Below are positions 54,718 through 64,000 of a stretch of DNA of 64,000 bases, piece by piece. A program made the position numbers and the translations under genes. The DNA is taken from assembly GCA_977030845.1 (NCBI GenBank), contig OZ365109.1, positions 57,660,001 through 57,724,000 of the forward strand, read 5' to 3'. The notes beneath the pieces were generated by a model. That model made no database searches. It was given only the letters and a program-made list of their open reading frames with translations, and was not told the origin of the DNA. This DNA comes from Fimbriosthenelais zetlandica (lineage: Eukaryota). Numbering within the stretch: position 1 is the stretch's first letter; each line of letters opens with the position of its first letter.

Positions 54718-56199
54718 TTTATATATTACTAAATGGGCGAAATATATAAAAGACAATCGCCTTATGGTAATATTTATGTGAAATCCACAAAGGGACACAG
54801 CTACGTTGGGTTGTTTCTAAAGTGATGGCTCCTATAGAAATGATGCATTAATCACATTTGTGGTGATGCTTATCACAGGATGGGAAATGTATAGGGACAG
54901 TCCCAACCACAGAATAGCACAAGATCCTCCTGATGACACATAGGAAGCACAATTACCCTGTAGAGATATGTTCTTTGTTTTTATTTTTTCCGAACAATAA
55001 TCCCATTGGAAAAAATCCCAACAGAACAATAATCCCATCGGAAAAAATCATTATTACTTGGGCATAATGGTGAACAGACATTTTATATATGATTAAGCAA
55101 TTATTTTACCCTTTTATCTATTACAATATTCTTGATATCCGCTTTGTCTTTCCAACTCTATTCCAAATAGATCCAGTCCTGTATATTAATTTAATTATTT
55201 TATAAATATTTTTTTCAAAGTTACAATTCAAGCGGTGTGTTGCCACTTGGCGTTCAATGTCTTTCTCCCTGTCTGTCAATCTATCGCATCTCTGTCTAGG
55301 TAGATTTCTATGGTCTATCTTACTATTAACTATTCCCCAGTCTATCAATTGTTCGGCCATTTTGCTTTGGACTATTACTAGTCAAATATGCCAACCGGGA
55401 TATATCCTATGATCTAAGTTCTTAACCCCAACACCACAGTGCTATGGGAATCTAAATGTATTCACATTTTTTTTAAAATGACCGTCATGTGTACAAGTTA
55501 ACACAAAAGACGCATGTTTTTAAAAATATTTAATAGAGTTACATTAGTACTATGTACTAGCAATCAACTGCATTCAGAATGAATTAGCAATCCTATAAAC
55601 TCGAAACCCTAGTACCTGAGCAAAAAAGCAGCAATAACATTGTGCAAGAATGAAAGGCCATCAACTGTCGATATATCTTCTAAAAAATACCAAACGGACA
55701 TTTGGTAATAGAAATAACAAAAACTAACATGGAATTTCTTAACTAGAGCAACAATCTTTAACTCAGACCATGCAAGAGTGAAGCAAGTAAATAAGATTAT
55801 AATTATGCCTTTCATAAAATAAAAATAATTTTACAGGGATTTCTGCGCAGATTAGTTAAATTTTGCTTACTTTGACGACGGTGCGCAAAAAACGCTGAAA
55901 CGTTGAATATGAGCCCCCAAAATGGGTATAACTAGTGAGTTTAGATCACTAAATGAGCGATACATAGATTATCGAAACTACTTAAACACCGTCAGGCTCA
56001 GCTGCACCTGTTCCTACCATATATCTCATAAAAATGAATCATGCACAAATAAATTATAAAAGAGCAAATCTTGCTTATATAAAATTACAAACTGATAAAA
56101 AAAAACACGCCAAAATGTATAAATACCGTGTGACTACCTATTGCATAATGTCTTTGTGAAGTAACGTTATTACTGTCATTGTCAATTATTTTTTTACAA

Positions 56200-58152
56200 T
56201 CATCTTTCATCACTGTGGACTGGCGGAGCCACAGCCAGCACATCTGGAGGTAGCGTCAATACACAACACAGTGGAGCGTCTATCAGTTTCCTGGGGTATG
56301 GATCTAGACGGGTCTGGCTTTGGTACCTACCAGTTTCTATGGTGCCCATCAGACATACACACACCCCATTCACCTGTCCATACTCGTCAATATCGTCATC
56401 ATCTGTAGGCCCCACTAAACGAGTAGCCTTAGCCCTACCATTAACATAATACACACGATCCTCTATAGTACAGATCTGCGACCGTCCAGGCATCTGCCAC
56501 AGATTGTATATCATCCACTGGTTCGTTTCTGGGTTGTAGCGGGTCACTGAGCCCCAATGGCTAATGTCATCATTAGCAATGTTAAAGACAAAGATAAGCT
56601 CATCGGGGGTTCTGGAGTCGGCTTGATGGTAATAGTTTAACCGGCTGATCATGGTATGGCCAGCTGTAGGGGACAGCATGCGCGCTTTCTCCTCCCAGGT
56701 TTTTGTCTCAGGGTCATAACATCTCATCCTATCTGATTCTTCACCAAAGCTTTCCCTACCACCCGAGATGTAAATAACACCATTGTATTCACAAGCACTG
56801 TGTTCCCATAAATTGGAGTCCATGTGATCATACAATTTCCAGCAGTCATTATCAAAATCATAGCGTTCTATAGTGTCATTGCATATACCTCCGATAGCAT
56901 AGAGAAAGTCGGAGCAGAAGATTAGGGAAAAGTTCGACCGGACGCAGTTCATGGGAGCGAGTGAGCTCCATTTGCCAAAGCGAGGATCATAAACGTAACA
57001 CTCGTCCCCAGAGAGACTCCCACTACCACAACCACCACAGATGATGAGAAAATTGTTAACCACAGTGTGACCACCTCTGCCGAATGAGTATTCGGAATCG
57101 GGGAGCCTTACCCATTGCTTGGATCCATCCACAAAGGCAAAACATTCATAGCTTTGAGCGTCACTGGGCAGATCTGTGCTTTCTTCAACGAGAAAACCTG
57201 ACAGGCTCACAACACTGGGTTCATTCCTGATGTTAGTTCGTGGTGAATCAGTAATGATACGTTTGTGGATGGGTTGGGATTGGTACACCTGGGCTTCAGC
57301 CACTAACTGACAACACCTAGCATCGGATAACATCAAAGGGCAGGTCTCTATAATCTTCTCCAGCTCTTTATAGGCCATCAAAGGAAAATGTAGCAGTTTC
57401 AAAGTCTCATAGATTTTGTCCTTTTGTTTTTCGGATGTAACAGCATCAGGGAAGTGGTGGTCAATCCATTTCCTTATGGCGTTAAAAAGTTCAAAGTCAG
57501 AGACGCCTATGACCGTTTGAGAAATGAGGAAGTTAAGGGCATCATGACTTAACCTCGTGATGTGTCCTTCTTTCATGATTTTTGTCCAGTTGGCCTGGAT
57601 ACAAGCCACCGCTTTTTTATCTAACGCTATTTCAGGGCCTTGCAGGGAGTACATAAAAGCTAGGTTAAGAACATCGATACAGTTGTCAGAGTCTATCATA
57701 TCAGCAATGTGTTCAACACAGAGGTGGATGACTATAGGTACATGAAGGAAGGATGCAGCACTGAGTACATCAACTATGTTATCCTCTGTCACTTCCAGAT
57801 TCTCTCCTTCGTAAATAAGTTTGATTATGGGTTCAAGCCCCGCAGCTGTAACGCCTCTTAGTTCAATACAATCTTCTGTGCTTTCTTTGAGGCCCCCAGA
57901 AAACATACGTCTAAAATACTCACTGAATGCAGCCAGGACGATTTTATGGACCTTGAACTCTTTGTTTTCTACTTGGATGGTGTAGTCACATAGCTCGCCC
58001 TTCTCCCACATGTCTCTCAGTGTCTCCAGCATGAAGCGGGCGATGCCGATTGAGGTGCCCTCCTGGTGTATCACTAACTCGTTGTATGAGTTTTCAAAGA
58101 GGAAGTGACGCATGATGGTCGGGTTATATACAGAGGGAGTGTTGGGATCCAT
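56200..58152 (-). CDS. Kelch-like BTB-BACK-Kelch protein (KLHL family), 650 aa, intronless CDS
   Basis: BTB reads LCDYTIQVENKEFKVHKIVLAAFSEYFRRMFSGGLKES. BACK reads ELFNAIRKWI and LLHFPLM. Kelch repeats have GG dipeptides (IICGG, YAIGG, YISGG) and W motifs. It is a single uninterrupted ORF. The subfamily cannot be assigned. Confidence 0.92.
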   Translation of the reverse strand: MDPNTPSVYNPTIMRHFLFENSYNELVIHQEGTSIGIARFMLETLRDMWEKGELCDYTIQVENKEFKVHKIVLAAFSEYFRRMFSGGLKESTEDCIELRGVTAAGLEPIIKLIYEGENLEVTEDNIVDVLSAASFLHVPIVIHLCVEHIADMIDSDNCIDVLNLAFMYSLQGPEIALDKKAVACIQANWTKIMKEGHITRLSHDALNFLISQTVIGVSDFELFNAIRKWIDHHFPDAVTSEKQKDKIYETLKLLHFPLMAYKELEKIIETCPLMLSDARCCQLVAEAQVYQSQPIHKRIITDSPRTNIRNEPSVVSLSGFLVEESTDLPSDAQSYECFAFVDGSKQWVRLPDSEYSFGRGGHTVVNNFLIICGGCGSGSLSGDECYVYDPRFGKWSSLAPMNCVRSNFSLIFCSDFLYAIGGICNDTIERYDFDNDCWKLYDHMDSNLWEHSACEYNGVIYISGGRESFGEESDRMRCYDPETKTWEEKARMLSPTAGHTMISRLNYYHQADSRTPDELIFVFNIANDDISHWGSVTRYNPETNQWMIYNLWQMPGRSQICTIEDRVYYVNGRAKATRLVGPTDDDDIDEYGQVNGVCVCLMGTIETGRYQSQTRLDPYPRKLIDAPLCCVLTLPPDVLAVAPPVHSDER

Positions 58153-58919
58153 TTTGCTGCAATATTTTATAAAAAAACAAAGTTTTTCTTATATTCTTAA
58201 TCATATGTTCATCTGTTTATCTATGTTGTTCTTGTGATATCTGATCTCTTGTGTGTATTATATTTTTTTGTGTCATTTAATATAGTATATTTTTCTATGG
58301 AACTCTTGCTCTGCAAGTGAATCCGAATAAAGCATTCAGTATATTTTATGAAGTAGAACAATGACAATGCTAAAAAGGGTAATTTGATAGTGTTGGAAAA
58401 CCATTGGCTAAAACCATTGTTGTAGAACACCCTGTATGACCATTAGTGGCCAGTCTAGAGTGACTGTACTTTGTAGGTTGTACAGTAGAGTGTCTTGTGT
58501 AGGGTGTGTAAGTGTACTATTAAACTGACACAGTGACTGAGACTGAGTCTGAGACAGTCTAATATTCAAAAATACTATTTCTATTAATAATAGCACGAGG
58601 TATTAATTTTGGGTCAATAACTTAAATAATATAGTCTATATTGTACAGATATTTTCCAGTGCCAGGTGCGTTCAAATAGTGGAGCGTGATAACCAAGAAT
58701 TGCAAGATATAACGGATAAGACTCTAAGAGTAACAGCTCCCAACTTTCTATTAACAGTATAGGAGAATACCCCAATTATCGCCCTGGTGATAATCTTGAC
58801 AATGTGTATTGGTCATATAAACCGAAAGCGACGATTATAGGTACGATATTCCTTTTGCATATTGATGCATGATTAAAGTAGAGAACTTGAATATCAATAA
58901 TATAACTTTTTGACCAACC

Positions 58920-59056
58920 TTGCGTTCTTTAAAGCCCGCACTGTGTTTGTTTACAACTGGGACTTGATCCCTCTCTCCGTTGGTGCTGCCATCTGTGGCC
59001 ACCGGAAGAACTAACACCGGAAGTGACCTGAAATAAAAGACAAGATGGCGGCGCCA
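58920..59056. promoter_or_regulatory. Bidirectional promoter between the Kelch-like gene and TADA1
   Basis: Two ETS-type ccggaag sites (59002, 59017) and a perfect YY1 motif caagatggcggc (59041-59052) overlapping the TADA1 ATG. There is a probable minus-strand 5' UTR exon at about 58920-58990, with an acceptor at about 58158 just before the Kelch ATG. Confidence 0.65.
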
Positions 59057-62000
59057 GTCATGGATGTGGGTACCGCGAAGAAGAATCTCAGCGAAATGCT
59101 GCCAGGAGACACCATGAAAGTGTATGTAACGTTTAGATTAGAAAGAGCTACTTATGATATCTTGTGAGGCTTAATTTTAAGGTTCTCCGTGGCACAGGTT
59201 ACCCACAGAGCAGCATTTTGTGTCGCGGGTAGGCCTCCAGCCAGGCCCAGGCCTGAGCCCGAGGGCAAGATGAACCAGGCCCAGGCCTGAGGGCTAGGAC
59301 AGGGGTGACTGAGTCTAAGATACAAATATTGGAATGGTAATACCTTAGCCTATTGATAGGGATATGCGTTAAAATCCAATAGATTATTCTTGCAAAATTT
59401 GGCAAAAAGGAACCCTGTCAGATTCCCTGTAAGTTGTTGTCTTGAGTCTTGGCAAGTCTTGCAATTAATACAGATACGTATAGTACTTCACCTCTGGTAT
59501 TATTTTTCTTCAGGTATATGCAACTACTGATGTCCTGGTTCAAATCTAAGGTAAATATATTAAAACTCCACGGTTTTGACAAGTCAAATTAATATGAATT
59601 TATTATTTTCATTTTCAATACCGGTACGGTACCGTATACATACAGGGCTCCAGCTATAGAAGCCATTTTTGTCACCAATTGGGGCTAATAATAATCATGA
59701 CCAGTGGAGCAAGACAGGAGTGGGTGTTAGGGAGAGAGGGGACAGTGTCTGGGCTTCGCTTCACCTGAATGGTTGGCTTTTTGCTTCCAACTAAACTACC
59801 CCCCACCCCACCCACCCAACTCCCTCTCCAATATAGGCCTACACAGACACAGCAGAGCGTCGACTGCATGTGTGAAAGCTAAGCAGGGGTGGGGATGGGA
59901 TGGTATGGACGGAAGAGTGACCAGGGGGAGGGTGAGAGCGTATTCCTTGAAAACCAGTGAAGCAAGCTCCAGTTCGAGACACAGGACGGGTCTTGACAGC
60001 TACCCTCACTACGACACCGATAGGTGAGGGTAGCTGGTGGCGAGTTCGAGGCACTTCCTTGGTCATACAATTTACCTTCACACAACACTGTTTTATGCAC
60101 TGCTTCAATATCTCTACTAGTACCCCTACCCCGGTGTCTCTATGATATTACAATATTGAGTACCGGTAGCAGCCTGTCAATAACCAAAATAAGTAGCCAA
60201 TATTGTAGCCAACTGCAAGGCCATAGTCGCCAAAACAATAATTTATTCTTAATTGGTGACAAGTGCGAACGGTAGCTGGAGCCCTGACATAGGCCTACAT
60301 GAATCAATATCGGTTTTGACTTTGTTGGCTTATAGGCATACCGGTACACAAAAACTGCCTTATTAAATAGGCTAGCGGTACGGTACTTAACTAAACTGTT
60401 AATTATTCCAGACATCTCGCAGTGACTTTGATCATGAAGCCAGGAAACTAATGTCAGATGCAACAGGTGTGGTTGAAATTGCTTCTCCGATTAAAATAAA
60501 TATTGTTTAATACGGTACTAATAATTCCACATAGACATAGAAAATATTTCATTCCACAATATCTTCAGCAAAACAGGTTAGTCTTATAGAAAATAACTAC
60601 ACGTATGGTTACATGTACATGTATTCTGGTTTTTCAGTTCACCTACATAATCAGTTCATATTGGCGCTGCTTCACAAATGTCAGAGTCTCGGGTCTTCTC
60701 TTGGTAAGTGTAGTTTAATACACTTTTAAACTGTATTTAAAAATGCAGTTTCATTTCAGTTTAAAATTGTGTTTCAGTATAATTTGTTCTTTGACTTTGA
60801 TTGGTACCGGGTACTCTAAAAGGCCTGAATGGCTATTTTGTTTGATATTTCCATACCATGACAGATCCGCAATCTTATATTTTTAGCTCGTGAGACATCC
60901 GCTGGTGGCCAGAAATTTTCCCCGCCCAAGAAACCCAAGGCGCGTGACCAAAGAAAAAGACCGGCCAAAGAAATGAAGGCAGAGCTACAAGCCAGTCAAC
61001 AGGTCGATGGATACATGGTATGAAAATTGAACGTAGTGCCATTCAATTTAATTTAATCTAAATAAATAAATTTTAAATAGTTGTACTTTGCCAAGGTGGG
61101 GTGAATTTCAGGAAGATATTCTGATGTATTTTCTTTTTCTTTCAGCAAAGATTTATTCCTGTCAACCCCATCCTTTCAGTACCACAAGCCAATGTTTTGG
61201 AAGAAAAGAGTCTTTGTAAGTTTTAAATATTATCCTCCTAGAATTATCTAAATACTTGCTCAGACAAGACTTGTTTTTTTTCACATCCCCATGACTTTGA
61301 CTTTAGATGTGATTGAAACTGTGATAATATTTGATGTATGTTGATCTGTCTTTTCAGCTTTTGCTTCTCGTGAGATGACATTACCTGACATCGGTATGGT
61401 GTACGGCCGTTTGTTGGTAACTGGCTGGGATTTTGGTATAGAATCTGTGGAAGATCAGACTGTTAACCTGGTCCTTCAGGCCGTGGAGGTGGGTCTCTTC
61501 ACATTACCTTCTAGTAGAATATATCAGTGACATTAGGAATAATTATAATGTCTTAATGAATTAGCTGATTATTAATGAAACTTCACATATAAGGTCTTAG
61601 ATCAACAGAGTAAAAATCAAGAAATGACAATATTAAATCCAAGGCATTGGAATGGCATAAGATTTTCAAAATGATTATAAATCAATGGCATTGTAAAATC
61701 CATTTAACATTTTGTGTTTGGGTTGAACAGGTTCAGTTGAAGAACATCATCACAGCAGTATTGATCCGTCAGAGGGCGTATAAAGTACGGGAGGGACGTT
61801 TTAGACACGCTATAGGAACACAACTACCAGAGACCCACACACGTAACTCATCCCACGCGTATGACTTCTCCAGAGACAGGTATATTATAATATGTAGTCA
61901 TCTAAAAAAATATATATAATTCAGTTAATGGACAGATCTTTGGAATTTTGGAAGCTGAATTTGGACCAAATTAAGTACATGTACATGTGCCTTATATCAG

Positions 62001-62841
62001 AAGTATTCTACGATAAGAATTTTATTTTTTTCTGGATTTTTATAAACGTCCAAAATATACATACATACATTGAGTTGTCTTGTTTTGACAAAGAATTCTC
62101 AACTATGAATTTAATCTTTTCAAAACTTTTTTCAGTGAATCGACGTCCATATCGACTGGGAAGGGTATGTATATTCCGTCCATGAAGCCGTCTATAGAAA
62201 CTGGGTTAAAGGACGCGGCGGTGCAACTCGCCTGCGGTACAGACATGCCTCCCACCACTCACCCCATCAATCTTTATGATCTCTTCGAGTCTTTACAAGT
62301 AAGTGCGCGACATTAATCAACTTGTAAAACATATAAAATGTATTTTGTTGGAATTGATAAGTTGGTGAATGTTTTGAGAATGGGATGGAATTAGCTCAGT
62401 TTGTTAAAATTCCAGCTCATTCAAGGGGTAGCAATAGGAATGATCACAGAGTTTGTGGTTTAATCCCCGAGCTGTCCAAATCATTTTAGTGCACCTGATA
62501 AGCGGGAGGACACAAGCTAAAAAGAGCACACATTAAAGCGTGTGATCTGACTTGCACTAATAGAATGGCTAAAAAAAATGCATCTAAAAGAATTTTTAAA
62601 ATCCAGAGTACAAATGACATTCTAATGGAGGTTATTAGATTGAGAGAAATTTAAATTTGATTTTCAGGTCCATAAAAGTGTCATTCCCTCACACACGGTT
62701 TACGCCACAAGCATGGAACGAATCATTCACAAACTGTGGCACCTCAGTAATGAGGAGTTAGAACAGAGCGCCATCCATCGTCAGCAGGCCACACTACGGA
62801 GAAACACACTATCACAACAGATGGCGATTGTCAGACCTTAG
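59045..62841 (+). CDS. TADA1: Transcriptional adapter 1 (SAGA complex subunit), 10 coding exons
   Basis: [140 protein letters not shown]. These match the known TADA1 N- and C-terminal conserved blocks. Confidence 0.94.
59955..60094. ncRNA. Candidate structured small RNA of unknown family in TADA1 intron 2
   Basis: Perfect 13-bp hairpin (59997-60009 / 60024-60036), two B-box-like agttcgag(a/g)cac, complementary ends and a following TTTT. No known RNA family was recognised. Confidence 0.3.
62382..62578 (+). mobile_element. Decayed copy of the tRNA-derived SINE, in TADA1 intron 9
   Basis: Shares tagctcagtt, ccagctcat, atgatc, ggtt(t/c)aatccc and gagctgtccaa..catt..agtgc with 9296-9611, and has a short A tail. 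Confidence 0.65.
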
Positions 62842-64000
62842 CAACAATCGCGTGAAATAGTTAGCGATAACATATTAAAGGTTGATATTGGTTAAATATA
62901 ATCAAAGACATTCATGCATCAGACTGAATATTTTCCCAGTGCAGCTTATAGTCAGGCAATAAATTAATCGTTTAATGAAATTGTTGTCATATTTTCCCTC
63001 CTGAATTCACGGGCTGAAGACCGATAATTCTTAATATCGCTTCATGAATTAGGCAATTCTATCATATCCAGAGATTAGAAATATTTATTTACATAAAATC
63101 ATTTTAGCTTGCAAAGTACAGATATTAGCGTTCAGGAGTAGAATTAAATCCTACGTCTATGATGACAATGAATATACAGTGATGGTACGCAGTCATCTAC
63201 TAAGGTCTGGAATACGAGACCTTGGTAAAACTTATATACAATGCATATATACTACTTTGTACATGTCCTTTTATCTAAAATGATATGTATATTGCTGCCT
63301 CACGCATGTTATGTGATCCGAAATTAAATTTTTCATTTCTAGGCCTACTTTGCAGCTTAATGTAGCCTATATCATGAACAATGACAGTGTAGTGAAATTT
63401 GCAAATAGTTGGAAAAACCAGCAGTTTTGCTCTATTAAAGGTTCAATGAATAACCTTGTAGTAAAATTAAAAAGCTCATATTTATAAAGAAAATATGAAG
63501 TTAGAAAAAGTATGGGCAACCTGACTAACATTTCCACTTGGAATTAAAACCATAAAGTTACATGTAGCACCGATTTGGTCATATTGACCCATACCACCAA
63601 AATCCGCCTTTTTTACCTCAGGTATCACATAAAGACAAAATAAATCAACTTTTAAAACTATTTAAGAGTTTAAGAGTCCTATATATTAAACGAAATCTCA
63701 TTAACTGACCAAATGAGTTATATAGAGCCCATAAACCTTCTAGGCCAACCATAATTATCACATAATATTAAAATCATAATACCTAAAGGAATGTATGTAC
63801 ATGTATGTATGCCTAAATTGCTAAAATAAATATGATATTGCGTCCTAAATAGACTGAGCTAAATAAAATATATAAGAGCGGTTTAGGCCTATGTTACGTG
63901 TCCTTTCTGGCTACGTAAGGTAATGTTTTCAGCAGGAGATGGTGCCTCTCTGACATTATGGTATAGACCTCGTCTAGGGTAAGATTATCTATAAGCTGGC

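Noticed and set aside
59879-60100. 73-aa antisense ORF nested in TADA1 intron 2
   Set aside because: No homology or splice support is visible. The hairpin and B-box pattern is better explained at RNA or repeat level.
63935-63978. Possible exon of a further gene at the window end
   Set aside because: AG and GT sites flank about 45 nt, but there is too little context to support a call.

Overview
AT-rich, intron-dense eukaryotic genomic DNA. The gene content (MOLO-1/TPM family, SRCR, WSC, discoidin, piggyBac-type MITE, tRNA-derived SINE) points to an invertebrate animal, probably marine, but the species cannot be fixed from sequence alone. Left end: a METTL24-like methyltransferase gene (minus, truncated by the window) lies head-to-head with SCYL3 (plus, 2896-7962). 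Centre (10.3-49.3 kb): two tandem, same-strand paralogues that I assembled by hand into 51 coding exons each (about 2656 and 2648 aa). They encode giant secreted proteins with no transmembrane segment and the same domain order: signal peptide, unnamed beta-rich domain, 3x SRCR, 2x EGF, AbfB/CBM42-like beta-trefoil, 2x beta-gamma-crystallin, unnamed domain, PAN, 10-Cys module, unnamed PEMCVT domain, WSC, CxxGG mini-repeats, PEMCVT domain, beta-gamma-crystallin, PAN, degenerate crystallin, VWA, F5/8C discoidin, 2x 10-Cys module. I do not recognise this architecture, and it is the strongest candidate for an undescribed system here. Right part: a small Ser/Thr-rich type I membrane protein (plus), a MOLO-1/TPM-family membrane protein (minus) with a piggyBac-type MITE in an intron, an intronless BTB-BACK-Kelch gene (minus) head-to-head with TADA1 (plus), and a candidate structured small RNA in TADA1 intron 2. 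All domain calls are by-eye motif recognition and no database search was run.
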